Below are positions 53,801-64,000 of a DNA stretch of 64,000 bases, piece after piece. Location of the stretch: assembly GCA_964016885.1 (NCBI GenBank), contig OZ024760.1, forward strand, positions 6,138,001-6,202,000, in the 5' to 3' direction. The position numbers and the translations under genes were made by a program. The DNA is from Eledone cirrhosa. Lineage: Eukaryota. The first letter of the stretch is position 1; every line of letters begins with the position of its first letter. The notes beneath the pieces are model-generated. The model was not told where the DNA came from and did not search any database. It saw only the letters and a list, made by a program, of their open reading frames with translations.

Positions 53801-55179
53801 CAATGATTAGGAAGTCCTTGTCGTCTGTTAGAGCAGTAGTGTGTATTAGGGACTCGTAAAACCTATCCTTAAGTTCGTCTGGCAGCCCCGATTGGGGTGC
53901 GTAAGCTGATATTATTGTGGTAATTGTCTTATTCAGGACTAGTCTAAGTTTAATGATTCTTGCATTTACCCTGTACACTGAGATTACTTTATCTACCCAC
54001 TTGTCAGCTAATAGTATACCTACACCACCCATCCCATCGTCATTTCCCACCCAGAAAAATTTGTAGCACTGGCTTTTTCCTACAAGGACTCTAGCAGACC
54101 CTCCTCTCCATCTAGTCTCTTGCACACAGCATACATCAACTTCCTTTCGCTCTAGCATTTCTACGATTTCTCCTGCTCTTCCTTTCATTGAGCCTACATT
54201 GATGGTACCAACTCGGAGTTTTGGGCATTTGTCGACACTCGTAGGGGAGGGTCTCTGGGTTGGCGCTTCACGTGGGTGCTTGGTAGCTCGCAGATTCATA
54301 TTTCATCTATTGATTCAGAGTTGCTCGTGTATTCCCAGCTCATCCATCCATAACGGTGGGAAAATTGAGGGCTAGAAGAACAGTGGTGGTGGGGTAATGG
54401 CAGGGTGTGTTGGGATGCGCCAGAGGAGGAGAGAGTTAGTTAGGCAGGTAGTAGCAGCAGCAGTGGAAATGGCATGCTAGGTTTGATTGGTCGAATAGAC
54501 TATGGTGGTGTGTGAGGGTGGGGGGAGGGAAATTGTGAGGTAGGAACTGAGGGTCGCATGGTAAATATCCAAGTTAATACTACATCAGTAAAATTAACAA
54601 TAATAACGTCATGAAAAAAACTACTAAGAGAAACCCTAGAAAATTTATCGCTAATACAGCAGGGAAAATTTAACGCTAATACAGCAGGGAACATCATAAT
54701 ATTAACGACAATATGTAGGCTAAAATACCTTCGTAGATTAGATGGATGGCTGGAATAATTGGAGTCAGCTCTAGTAGTACATTTTAGCAGAGAAGAATGG
54801 GAAAGTATCTTATCTCTTCAATATTTTCAGATTGAATGAATTAGGTTAAAGACAGGGTAGTAAGCCTTAAAGAAGTGCATAGAGAGGGGGGGGGGGGTAG
54901 GAACTGAGGGTCGCATGGTAAATAACTGAGAGAGATACAATAGGATTAGAATACCGCATGGTAAATATCCAAGTTAATAAGTTAATACTACATCAGTAAA
55001 ATTAACAATAATAACGTCATGAAAAAAACTACTAAGAGAAACCCTAGAAAATTTATCGCTAATACAGCAGGGAAAATTTAACGCTAATACAGCAGGGAAC
55101 ATCATAATATTAACGACAATATGTAGGCTAAAATACCTTCGTAGATTAGATGGATGGCTGGAATAATTGGAGTCAGCTC
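50838..55179 (-). mobile_element. Full-length RTE-clade LINE (family A)
   Basis: About 880-bp 5' region with an internal duplication, a single ORF, about 340-bp 3' UTR and a (gat)n tail. Confidence 0.95.
51180..54299 (-). CDS. RTE LINE polyprotein: APE endonuclease and reverse transcriptase with an inserted PHD-type zinc finger
   Basis: APE motifs TINV, VQETRW, AYAPQ, GDFNGH, LDFIL, SQH; RT motifs YRGIKL, QFGF, FVDLEKAFD, GVHQGSVLSPLLF, LYADDL, YLG; C4HC3 CSVC..CPKC.WVHKRC..CSSC; uninterrupted 1039 aa. Confidence 0.96.
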   Translation of the reverse strand: MNLRATKHPREAPTQRPSPTSVDKCPKLRVGTINVGSMKGRAGEIVEMLERKEVDVCCVQETRWRGGSARVLVGKSQCYKFFWVGNDDGMGGVGILLADKWVDKVISVYRVNARIIKLRLVLNKTITTIISAYAPQSGLPDELKDRFYESLIHTTALTDDKDFLIIAGDFNGHVGKHCDGFNRVHGGHGVGTRNEEGFRLLEFCDANDMSICNTNFKKPDNHLITYRSGEHSSQLDFILIRGRDRWTVVNTKAFPSEECTSQHSLVVSDLTVRTRRALKQRPTWRRKIWKLKVPSTSNRFKDILLNAYDSKEEQIETFNVEENWEFLKNNLLEATDEVCGWSKTSSRRRVTWWWNNKVDEAVKAKRQAWKEWKNGGSRVHYIETKREARRQVYLARREAEDRKFKHVLQREDQKQEVFKIARQCVRDSCDVIGEKCIRNDKGELALTSAEKKDAWKSHYDRLLNEENAWEEETLPHVDPIEGPAVQVSGSVVSKAIRDMKIGKATGPSGIAAEMLKASGSVGHTITTRIVNQVILEGAIPKDWCSSIIVNCYKGKGDALDRGNYRGIKLMDQVMKVTERVIAQLIRDRVNIDEMQFGFVPGKGTTDALFLVRQLQEKYLAKSKPLYLAFVDLEKAFDRVPRAVIWWALRKLGVDEWLVKAVQAMYRGAVSKVRIGNEYSEEFSVQVGVHQGSVLSPLLFIIVLQAITEEFKTGCPWELLYADDLALIAESMVELENKFQTWKQGLERKGLKVNMTKTKVLVSRRENRTQIPSGKWPCSVCRKGVGRNSILCPKCKQWVHKRCSGISGSLIKNVGFTCSSCAETASKQPQETSTTNLWEGPVETVDSFCYLGDRISNGGGCSESTITRVRTGWKKFRELLPLLAAKGFSLRMKGRLYDACIRTAMLHGSETWALKVEDLRRLERNEACMLRWMCNSNIRERQSIKELRERLSIRGIKCCVQERRLRWYGHVMRMKDDSCIKRCRALEVDGNRGVGRPKMTWDEVIKADLTQLHLSKSMTHDRDFWRHAVIQGTRPPMGTC

Positions 55180-56560
55180 TAGTGAACATAATCATCACAC
55201 CACTGTCTAACCTTACTGCTGGTATCTAACTTCAGCTTCTTTGCAGTAGATATCATATCAATGTTATTTATCTACAGTTAACATTTTTAATATGACATTA
55301 ATAAACAAGAGAAATTAAGTTTTTTTTATTACAAAAAGTACTTAAATTAAAACTTAACTAGTTAAAAAAAAAATTTTAATTTAAAAAAAATTGAAATTTC
55401 TCCATTTTAGGATGGCAAACATATTATTTAAAGTCTTATAATAATATTAAAATATTAGGGGTTACTGAAAAAGGTGCAAATTTATAAACAACTAGAAGAA
55501 ATTTTTTTCAGAGTCCAGTACTTCCTGAATATACTACTTTAGGGTCGTATTAAATATTATTGGTAATGTAAATATATTTAAATATCCGCCATACTAAAAG
55601 GTGCAAAAAATGAAAATCAGCTGATAGTGTAGAAAATGTGACGATGGTATTGGAAATTAATTCAGATATCTTCTATCTATTTTGACTCAAAGTTAGATAT
55701 AATATAAGAAGGCTTTAGGCTGCGTTAAACATATATTAGATTGGAACAAATAAAGTTTAGTCAAATGTTTGTGGACATATATATTTATTATATAAAGTAA
55801 TTTCTCAATTGTGAATGCAGATGTCATCAAATGAATACATAATTGTGTGGCAAAGTTTATAGTGTATGCATGGAATACAAAATTACCTTTGTTAGTAGTC
55901 GAAACTTTACAGGCGTTATATTTTCTGTGCAAAGTACAACAGAATGTAACATGCTCTTATTTAGAATTGTCTGTGGAACTGGATGCATGTTGAAAACGAC
56001 TAGTAAGCGAGTTCACTCTGTGAGGAAACTTTAAAGCTTTTGTGAGGACAGCAGATTAAAACGTGTTCTCTATTGAAAACATTCTACTGAACTTACGTTG
56101 TGAGAACAGCGAACTGACCCTGCCTCTTGGCTGAGAGACCTCGCTGAACTGAAGTTTTCAGTTTAAAGTTATGCTGTCATCGACCAACATTTACTTGTTC
56201 GTGATTGGTCAATTTCTAAGTTCAATTAGTAGTAGTCAAATTCTCGGAATTCAGAAAACTATGTCTTTCCAAGAATTGATGTGAAATTGAAAGTATTCAA
56301 TTTGAACGAATCTCAGAACTGTTTTTCTGCTAATTCAAGTGAGAAACTGAAAGTAGTGTTTTCCACGAATTGGAGTGGAGAACCTGTGTACACTACAATA
56401 GTACTCGTTCATTTATACATTGCACCTTTGGCATTTTCTTTGCACCTTTTTCAGAAAACCCAAAATATTAATGGTAATGTAAATATTTATTGTTTTAAGG
56501 AACCCGGAGTTTGTTTTACGGAACCCCAAGGTTCCGCGGAACCCATGTTGGCGACCACTG

Positions 56561-56762
56561 ATGTAGGCAACACGGTAAAAACCTCCCAGTCCACACTGTA
56601 AACGTGGTTGGTGTTAGGAAGGGCATCCAGCCGTAGAAAACCCGCCAGACAGTCCTTTACGAGCAAGATAACCAATCTTGCCTCAAGTGGGAAAAATTCC
56701 CGTCCAAACCCATGCAAGCGTGGAAGATGGACGTTAAACGATGATGATGATGATGATGATAT
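56561..56762 (+). mobile_element. RTE family B 3' UTR; right part after the hAT insertion
   Basis: Continues 48861 as in the intact copy at 45990-46180; (gat)n tail. Confidence 0.9.
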
Positions 56763-57187
56763 TAAAATATCAGAGGAGATATATATATATTTATGTATGT
56801 ATTTCTCATTCTCATGTAATGTGTTTTTCCCTGAACGCAACATTGAATAATTTTTGGATATAAATTTAAATAGACTTTGATATGTCTAACATGTAAGAAT
56901 TTACAATGATTATACCGTTTCTGAAGGAATTAAATTCTTAATTAGCTGAGCTGACGAAACCATTATTGAAGCAATGAGATAGAGTTCATGATACCTCTTA
57001 CCAAAGATAACGTCAGTAACAACAACAATAATTACACTGATAATGAAAATAATAAAATGAATATAAATATATATGTATATATATGTATGTATATATATAT
57101 ATGTTTGTATGTATATATATATATGTTTGTATGTATATATATATATGTATGTATATATATATATATATGTATATGTATGTATGTATG

Positions 57188-57220
<33 letters not shown>

Positions 57221-57403
57221 GTATATATATATATATGTATGTACGTATGTATATATACGTATGTATATATGTATGTGTATATATATATATGTATATACGT
57301 ATGTATATATACGTATGTATATATACGTATGTATATATGTATGTGTATATATATATATATGTATATACGTATGTATATATACGTATGTATATATATATGT
57401 ATG

Positions 57404-57437
<34 letters not shown>

Positions 57438-57964
57438 CGTATGTATGTATATATGCATGTATGTATATATATGTATATATGCATGTATATATATGTATAA
57501 ATGTATGTATGTATATATATGTATATATGTATGTATGTATATATATGTATAAATGTATGTATGTATATATATGTATAAATGTATATATGTTTGTATGTAT
57601 ATATATATGTATATGTATATGTATATATGTATGTATGTATATATATATGTATATATATATATGTATGTGTATATATATATATATAGAGTGAAAGATATTG
57701 TTATTCTTAAAAACGAATTATATATATATATATATATATCGAAAAATTATTATGAAAATGCGAAAAAATTACCTTTAATTACTTTTTTAAACATACTTTG
57801 TTCAATATAATGCTAATTTATTTTAATTAAAGACTATTAGCATATTAAGATGGACACCTCAATTGTTAATTGAAAAACTTTTTCTTCTTTTAATTCATAT
57901 TTAGCCTACTGACTATCTCTCTGTAGTTTCTTCTTGTAATAATAAATGTTACGGCAAGGCTGTG

Positions 57965-59320
57965 TGATGGTGTGTAGTTTAGTGGTTATAGTGTGTGGTT
58001 AAGTGTAGTTTAGTGGTTATAGTGTGTGGTTAAGTGTAGTTTAGTGGTTATAGTGTGTGGTTTAGTGTGTGGTTTAGTGTAGTTTAGTGGTTATAGTGTG
58101 TGGTTTAGTGTAGTTTAGTGGTTATAGTGTATGGTTTAGTGTAGTTTAGTGGTTATAGTGTGTGGTTTAGTGTAGTTTAGTGGTTATAGTGTGTGGTTTA
58201 GTGTAGTTTAGTGGTTATAGTGTATGGTTTAGTGGTTATAGTGTATGGTTTAGTGTAGTTTAGTGGTTATAGTGTGTGGTTTAGTGTAGTTTAGTGGTTA
58301 TAGTGTGTGGTTTAGTGTAGTTTAGTGGTTATAGTGTATGGTTTAGTGTAGTTTAGTGGTTATAGTGTGTGGTTTAGTGTAGTTTAGTGGTTATAGTGTG
58401 TGGTTTAGTGTAGTTTAGTGGTTATAGTGTGTGGTTTAGTGTAGTTTAGTGGTTATAGTGTGTGGTTTAGTGTAGTTTAGTGGTTATAGTGTGTGGTTTA
58501 GTGTAGTTTAGTGGTTATAGTGTGTGGTTTAGTGTGGTTTAGTGGTTATAGTGTGTGGTTTAGTGTAGTTTAGTGGTTATAGTGTGTGGTTTAGTGAAGT
58601 TTAGTGGTTATAGTGTGTGGTTTAGTGTAGTTTAGTGGTTATAGTGTGTGGTTTAGTGGTTATAGTGTGTGGTTTAGTGGTTATAGTGTGTGGTTTAGTG
58701 TAGTTTAGTGGTTATAGTGTGTGGTTTAGTGTAGTTTAGTGGTTATAGTGTGTAGTTTAGTGGTTATAGTGTATGGTTTAGTGTAGTTTAGTGGTTATAG
58801 TGTGTGGTTTAGTGTAGTTTAGTGGTTATAGTGTGTGGTTTAGTGTAGTTTAGTGGTTATAGTGTGTGGTTTAGTGTAGTTTAGTGGTTATAGTGTGTGG
58901 TTTAGTGGTTATAGTGTGTGGTTTAGTGTAGTTTAGTGGTTATAGTGTGTGGTTTAGTGTAGTTTAGTGGTTATAGTGTATGGTTTAGTGTAGTTTAGTG
59001 GTTATAGTGTATGGTTTAGTGTAGTTTAGTGGTTATAGTGTGTGGTTTAGTGTAGTTTAGTGGTTATAGTGTGTGGTTTAGTGTAGTTTAGTGGTTATAG
59101 TGTATGGTTTAGTGTAGTTTAGTGGTTATAGTGTATGGTTTAGTGTAGTTTAGTGGTTATAGTGTATGGTTTAGTGTAGTTTAGTGGTTATAGTGTATGG
59201 TTTAGTGTAGTTTAGTGGTTGTAATGTGTGGTTTAATGGTTGTAGTGTATGGTATAGTGGTTGTAGTGTGGTATAGTGGTTGTAGTGTATGGTATAGTGG
59301 TTGTAGTGTGGTCTAGTGGT
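57965..59320. repeat. 31-bp tandem array (about 40 copies)
   Basis: Unit agtttagtggttatagtgtgtggtttagtgt, period of 31 (58381, 58412). Confidence 0.93.
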
Positions 59321-59360
59321 GACTGGTATTTAAGAGTATCCTGTATATATATATATATAT

Positions 59361-59414
<54 letters not shown>

Positions 59415-59415
59415 G

Positions 59416-59842
59416 CAGTGCTTCTCAAACTATCTGATGTGACGGACCGGCATTTTGTTTTCAATGTGCCACGTAGCGCTAATATTTCGTAGTAATATTA
59501 ATTTATACCGGAAACGATATATATAATGGATATAATAATAGTTGACCATTTTTTTATCTTCTATTTATTTTGTAAACAAATAATTGTTTCTACTTTAGGC
59601 ACAAGGCCAGCAATTACCCAGTGTATTACTGGTACTTTATTTTATCGACCCCGTAAGGATGAAAGGCAAAGTTAACCTTGGCGGGATTTGTAAACAAATA
59701 ATACAATATCAAAACATATAAAAAAGTAATAAAAAAATTCCTCAAATGATTGCTTAGCATGGCCTGGACACTGGGCGTGTACCCGTAGCTAATGGCTCGC
59801 ATACCGGCACCGGATCAAAGACCACCACTTTGAATAGCACTG
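59416..59842. mobile_element. hAT MITE with a nested truncated SINE A (59585-59686)
   Basis: TIRs cagtgcttctcaaa / tttgaatagcactg; SINE TSD tttgtaaacaaataat (59569-59584 / 59687-59702). Confidence 0.75.
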
Positions 59843-59896
59843 GTGTAGAGTTCCTCAATGAACTGTTCATTCCTGGGTTTGGCAGTTTCTTGTCTT

Positions 59897-60277
59897 CATG
59901 AGCAAGATGCTACATTTCACATTGTTCATGATAGGATTGGACTTCACCTCCTTGTCATTAGAACACTCAAGAAACCTTCTTTTCAGATGTAATCTTGTAA
60001 AAGGACAACTAAAGAAGCATAAGGAGTGAGCTGTAAAAAATAGGATATGAGTGGGGCCCCTATCGTTAACTCTTTAACAATTAAACCATGAGCAAGATGC
60101 TACATTTCACATTGTTCATGATAGGATTGGACTTCACCTCCTTGTCATTAGAACACTCAAGAAACCTTCTTTTCAGATGTAATCTTGTAAAAGGACAACT
60201 AAAGAAGCATAAGGAGTGAGCTGTAAAAAATAGGATATGAGTGGGGCCCTATCGTTAACTCTTTAACATTTAAACCA
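59897..60277. repeat. About 190-bp direct tandem duplication
   Basis: catgagcaagatgctacatttcac...ttaactctttaaca.ttaaacc is present twice and nearly identical. Confidence 0.9.
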
Positions 60278-60480
60278 GTTATATCCGGCCAGAATTCTCT
60301 TACCTCTTTCTTTTCAAACTGGCTGTAACCTGCCACTCATACTGATGTTAAGGTATTGTTCTCAAAATAAATAATATCAAAATGTCCTGGATTCGATATT
60401 ATGTGAGATACTATGTGAGATAAAGCTTTTAGCACGAAAATACAATAGTATATATATAGAGTAATGTAAATGCTAAAGGG
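60259..60480. mobile_element. piggyBac-like TTAA-flanked MITE
   Basis: ttaa|ctctttaacattta ... taaatgctaaaggg|ttaa; paralog at 23041-23420, one end near 44660-44700. Confidence 0.7.
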
Positions 60481-60489
60481 TTAAAACAC

Positions 60490-60952
60490 TAATAATTGTT
60501 TCTACTTTTGGAACAAGGCCAGCAATTACCCAATTGATGAAAGGCAAAGTTAACCTCGGCGTGATTTGAACTCAGACCGCAAAGGGACGTAACTATGCTG
60601 GAAAGCATGGCGTCTGACCCTCTACCGATACTGCCATAATGGTTTCTGATTTAGGCAATTGGGGGAAAGGAGAAGTCGATTCAATCAACCCCAGTGCATA
60701 CTTTATTTTATCGCCCCTTTATTTTATCGCCCCTGTAAAGATGAAAGTCAAAGTTACCCGTGGCAAGATTTGAACCCAGAGCGCAAAATACGGTGTCCGG
60801 CGCTCTACCTATACTGCCAATCCACCGCCTGTTATTCTAATAGTTGTTTCTACTTTTGGCACAAGGCCAGCAATTATCCCAGTGCATTACTGGTACTTTA
60901 TTTTATCGACCCCACAAGGATGAAAGGCAAAGTCAACCTCGGCGGGATTTGA
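60490..60952 (-). mobile_element. Cluster of three SINE family A copies or fragments
   Basis: Repeated gatgaaaggcaaagt.aacctcggcg and ccctctaccgatactgcca motifs. Confidence 0.8.
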
Positions 60953-61302
60953 AAGGCAATAATGTTCACTTTACCTGTGAGCAAACCAGGTTTGTACTCA
61001 GTGACCCCCCCTCCCCGCCACACACACAGTAGGGAGCTGATAGCATGCATCTTGCTTATGTTCCTATACACAGCTGTGTGCTCAGGTGGGACGGCTGCCC
61101 AAGATCTGTTTACATGCGAGAGCTCCAGTATAGTACTGAGTGTTAATTTACTGTGACATCAGTATAATGGAAACTGTCACGACTTTCACACAGCTGAACA
61201 GTCCTTTCTGCATACACACACACGCACACACATATATATACACATATATATATATATACACATATATATATATATACACATATATATATATATATATACA
61301 TA

Positions 61303-61643
61303 CATCATCATCATCATCATTTTACATCCGCTTTTTCCCTGCTTGCAAGGGTGGGACGGGAACTGATTCTGGCTTGATTTCTACAGCTGGATGCCCTTCC
61401 TAACACCAACCTCATTTACAGTGAGTGCTGGGTGCTTTTTTGCTGCGACACCTCCACGACCACTTTGCAGTAGAATGATAGGGACCCCAGTCCCTATCAT
61501 CTCATTTCTACAGCTGAGTAAACTGGAGCAATGGGAAATAAAGTGTCTTGCTCAAGGAAACAACACATCACCCGGTCTGAGAATTGAACTCACAACCTTT
61601 CGATTGCAAGGCCAATGCTCTAACCACTAAGCCATGTGCCTCC
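61303..61643 (-). mobile_element. SINE family B, full length
   Basis: Reverse complement of 8162-8503. Confidence 0.88.
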
Positions 61644-61921
61644 ATGTATATGTGTGTATATATATATATATATAAAAGATACACACATACATACTTACAT
61701 ATATATGTGTATATATATATATATGTACATATATATGTGTATATATATATATATGTACATATATATGTGTATATATATATATGTACATATATATGTATAT
61801 ATATATATATGTGTGTGTTTAAATAAATGTATAAACACACACACACAATATACATATAGATATATGTGTATATATATATACATATATATATTCATATATA
61901 CATATATATATACATATATAT

Positions 61922-61954
<33 letters not shown>

Positions 61955-62320
61955 TATATACATATATATATATACATATATACATATATATACACATATA
62001 TATGTATATTGTGTGTGTGTGTTTATACATTTATTTATGTATGTATACACACACAATATACATACATATATATACACAACTGCATCAATGTTGTTGGCCT
62101 GGAGCATGCTGAATAAATATATATTGAAAATGTGACTTTCATATGTCTACAGTCTTAAGATGCAATTTATATTCAATTGAAGACACAATTGTATTTCTCT
62201 TCTTCTTCTTTGCCTTCTTCTTCTTTACATTCTTCTTCTTCTTCTTCTTCTTCTTCTTCTTCTTCTTCTTCTTCTTCTTCTTCTTTTTATTTTTCTTCTT
62301 CTTCTTCTTCTTCTTCTTCT

Positions 62321-62354
<34 letters not shown>

Positions 62355-62840
62355 ATTTTTCTTCTTATTATTATTTTTCTTCTTCTTCTTCTTCTTCTTC
62401 TTCTTCTTCTTCTTCTTCTTCTTCTTTATTCATTTTCTTTATTCATTTTCTTCTTTTTATTTTTATTTATTTATTCTTTTTCTTTTTCTTTTTCTTTTTC
62501 TTTTTCTTTTTCTTTTTCTTTTTCTTCTTTTTCTTCTTTTTCTTCTCCTTCTCCTTCTCCATCTTCTTTTTCTTGTTCTTGTTCTTCTTCTCCTTCATCT
62601 TCTTTTTCTTCTTCTTCTTCTTCTTCTTCTTCTTCTTCTTTTTCTTCTCCTTCTCTGTCTTCTTTTTCTTCTTCTTCTTCTTTCATCTTTATGCTATATT
62701 GTTTTTATTGCTATTGTTGTTGTTAAGTTGTTGTATTCTTCATCATTTGTTCTCAATTATTAATGCCTGACTTCACAATAGCTATTAACTGGGTTTTTTC
62801 TGTTGTCACTCTGTATATTAGAATGGGAAATTACTGCATT

Positions 62841-62909
<69 letters not shown>

Positions 62910-62983
62910 CGTGTGTGTGTATATATATATATGTATATGTATGTGTACATATGTATATATATATATGTATGTATATATGTATG

Positions 62984-63037
<54 letters not shown>

Positions 63038-63136
63038 TGTATATATATAAATATATATATATGTGTATATATATAAATATATATATATGTCTATATATAT
63101 GTATCTATATATGTATGTATATATATATATATATAT

Positions 63137-63500
63137 CATCATCATCATCAGGTTTAGCGTCCGTGTTCCACGCTTGCATGGGTTTGGACGGGGGTTTTCC
63201 CACTTGAGGCAAGAGTGGTTGTCTTGCTCGCATAGGACTGTCTGGCGGGTTTTCTACAGTTGGATGCCCTTCCTAACACCAACCACATTTACAGTGTGGG
63301 GCTGGGAGGTTTTTACCGTGTTGCCTACACGGCCACATTACAGCGTGGACTGTCTGGCGGGTTTTCTACAGCTGGATGCCCTTCCTAACACCAACCACAT
63401 TTACAGTGTGGGGCTGGGAGGTTTTTACCGTGTTGCCTACACGGCCACATTTACAGCGTGGACTGTGTGTTTTTTTGTCGTGACACCTACACGATCTCAT
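63137..63500 (-). mobile_element. RTE family B 3' UTR with the 112-bp duplication
   Basis: Same duplicated UTR as the 15526 copy; units start at 63235 and 63347. Confidence 0.88.
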
Positions 63501-63667
63501 ATAAGTATATATATGTATGTATATATATATATAAGTATATATATGTCTATATATATATGTATCTATATATATAAGTATATATATGTCTATATATATATGT
63601 ATCTATATATATATGTATATACATATGTATCTATATATATATGTATATACATGTATGTATATACTTG

Positions 63668-63707
<40 letters not shown>

Positions 63708-63710
<3 letters not shown>

Positions 63711-64000
63711 TTGGCAATTAAACTGGCAACCCCACTAAGGTTTCTTGTTGAGGAGGGTGACTTTGGACATCCTGCAGGACTAAAAACAAAACCTGTCAAA
63801 GGGCAAAGGACCTCTTAAGAGTCAATGGCCATCCAAAATCACCGGGAGAGATGGCCCCTTAGTCTTTGTCAAGGCAGAATTCTAGGAGAAGGAAAACTCT
63901 GATATAACACCTGCAACCCTGACGGTATCCAATGATGTTGACTTGATCTTCTTTTTGGTAAATATCATCTTGGTTAAGAGAGTGGGACTGGCTTTGTGCA
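63708..64000 (+). mobile_element. Possible 5' UTR of another RTE-type element running off the window
   Basis: Unique sequence after (TA)n containing ctaggagaaggaaaactctga, which I recall from RTE 5' UTRs; not verifiable here. Confidence 0.3.

Larger units (their letters stand above)
49016..55256 (-). pseudogene. hAT/Buster transposase (ZBED5/SCAND3-like), interrupted
   Basis: ATG at 55256 (MISTAKKLKLDTSSKVRQWCDDYVH|YGF...), BED finger CLLC..HLDTNH, VDETTD, TTDGAAAM, HCMIH, VRWLS, YLCEKRFS. Broken by the LINE insertion (50838-55179), a 5-bp ttgta duplication near 50280 and an in-frame TAG at 49229-49231. Confidence 0.93.
48862..56560 (-). mobile_element. Buster-type hAT DNA transposon, full extent, disrupted
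   Basis: 14-bp TIRs cagtggtcgccaac / gttggcgaccactg; 8-bp TSD atgtaggt / atgtaggc (nnnTAnnn); subterminal ggaaccc motifs at both ends. Confidence 0.95.

Noticed and set aside
51310-53859. Plus-strand ORFs antisense to the LINE ORF
   Set aside because: Shadow frames with no independent motifs.
60974-61210. Minus-strand segment bounded by AG and GTAAAG resembling an exon
   Set aside because: Stop codons in all three frames; no support without RNA data.

Overview
Eukaryotic, AT-rich, essentially gene-free window made of microsatellites, tandem arrays and nested transposable elements. The repeat landscape resembles an octopus/coleoid cephalopod genome (inference only). The only intact long ORF is a full-length RTE-clade LINE (APE endonuclease plus RT, 1039 aa, minus strand) with a C4HC3 PHD-type finger inside the RT region. 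It sits in a disrupted Buster-type hAT transposon, which itself sits in an older 5'-truncated RTE copy. The window also holds many truncated RTE copies from at least two families, two tRNA-derived SINE families, hAT, piggyBac-like and pogo-like MITEs, three tandem arrays amplified from LINE 3' sequence, and a LINE with a flush 5' inversion. Several type I hammerhead-ribozyme motifs are readable by eye: a near-canonical one at 48033-48092 and a U3-A8 covariant at 26293-26337. They lie in small unique islands or inverted repeats, mostly among (TA)n tracts, suggesting Penelope-like or retrozyme remnants. Nearly all other listed ORFs are microsatellite translation artefacts. All calls were made by eye without alignment tools.
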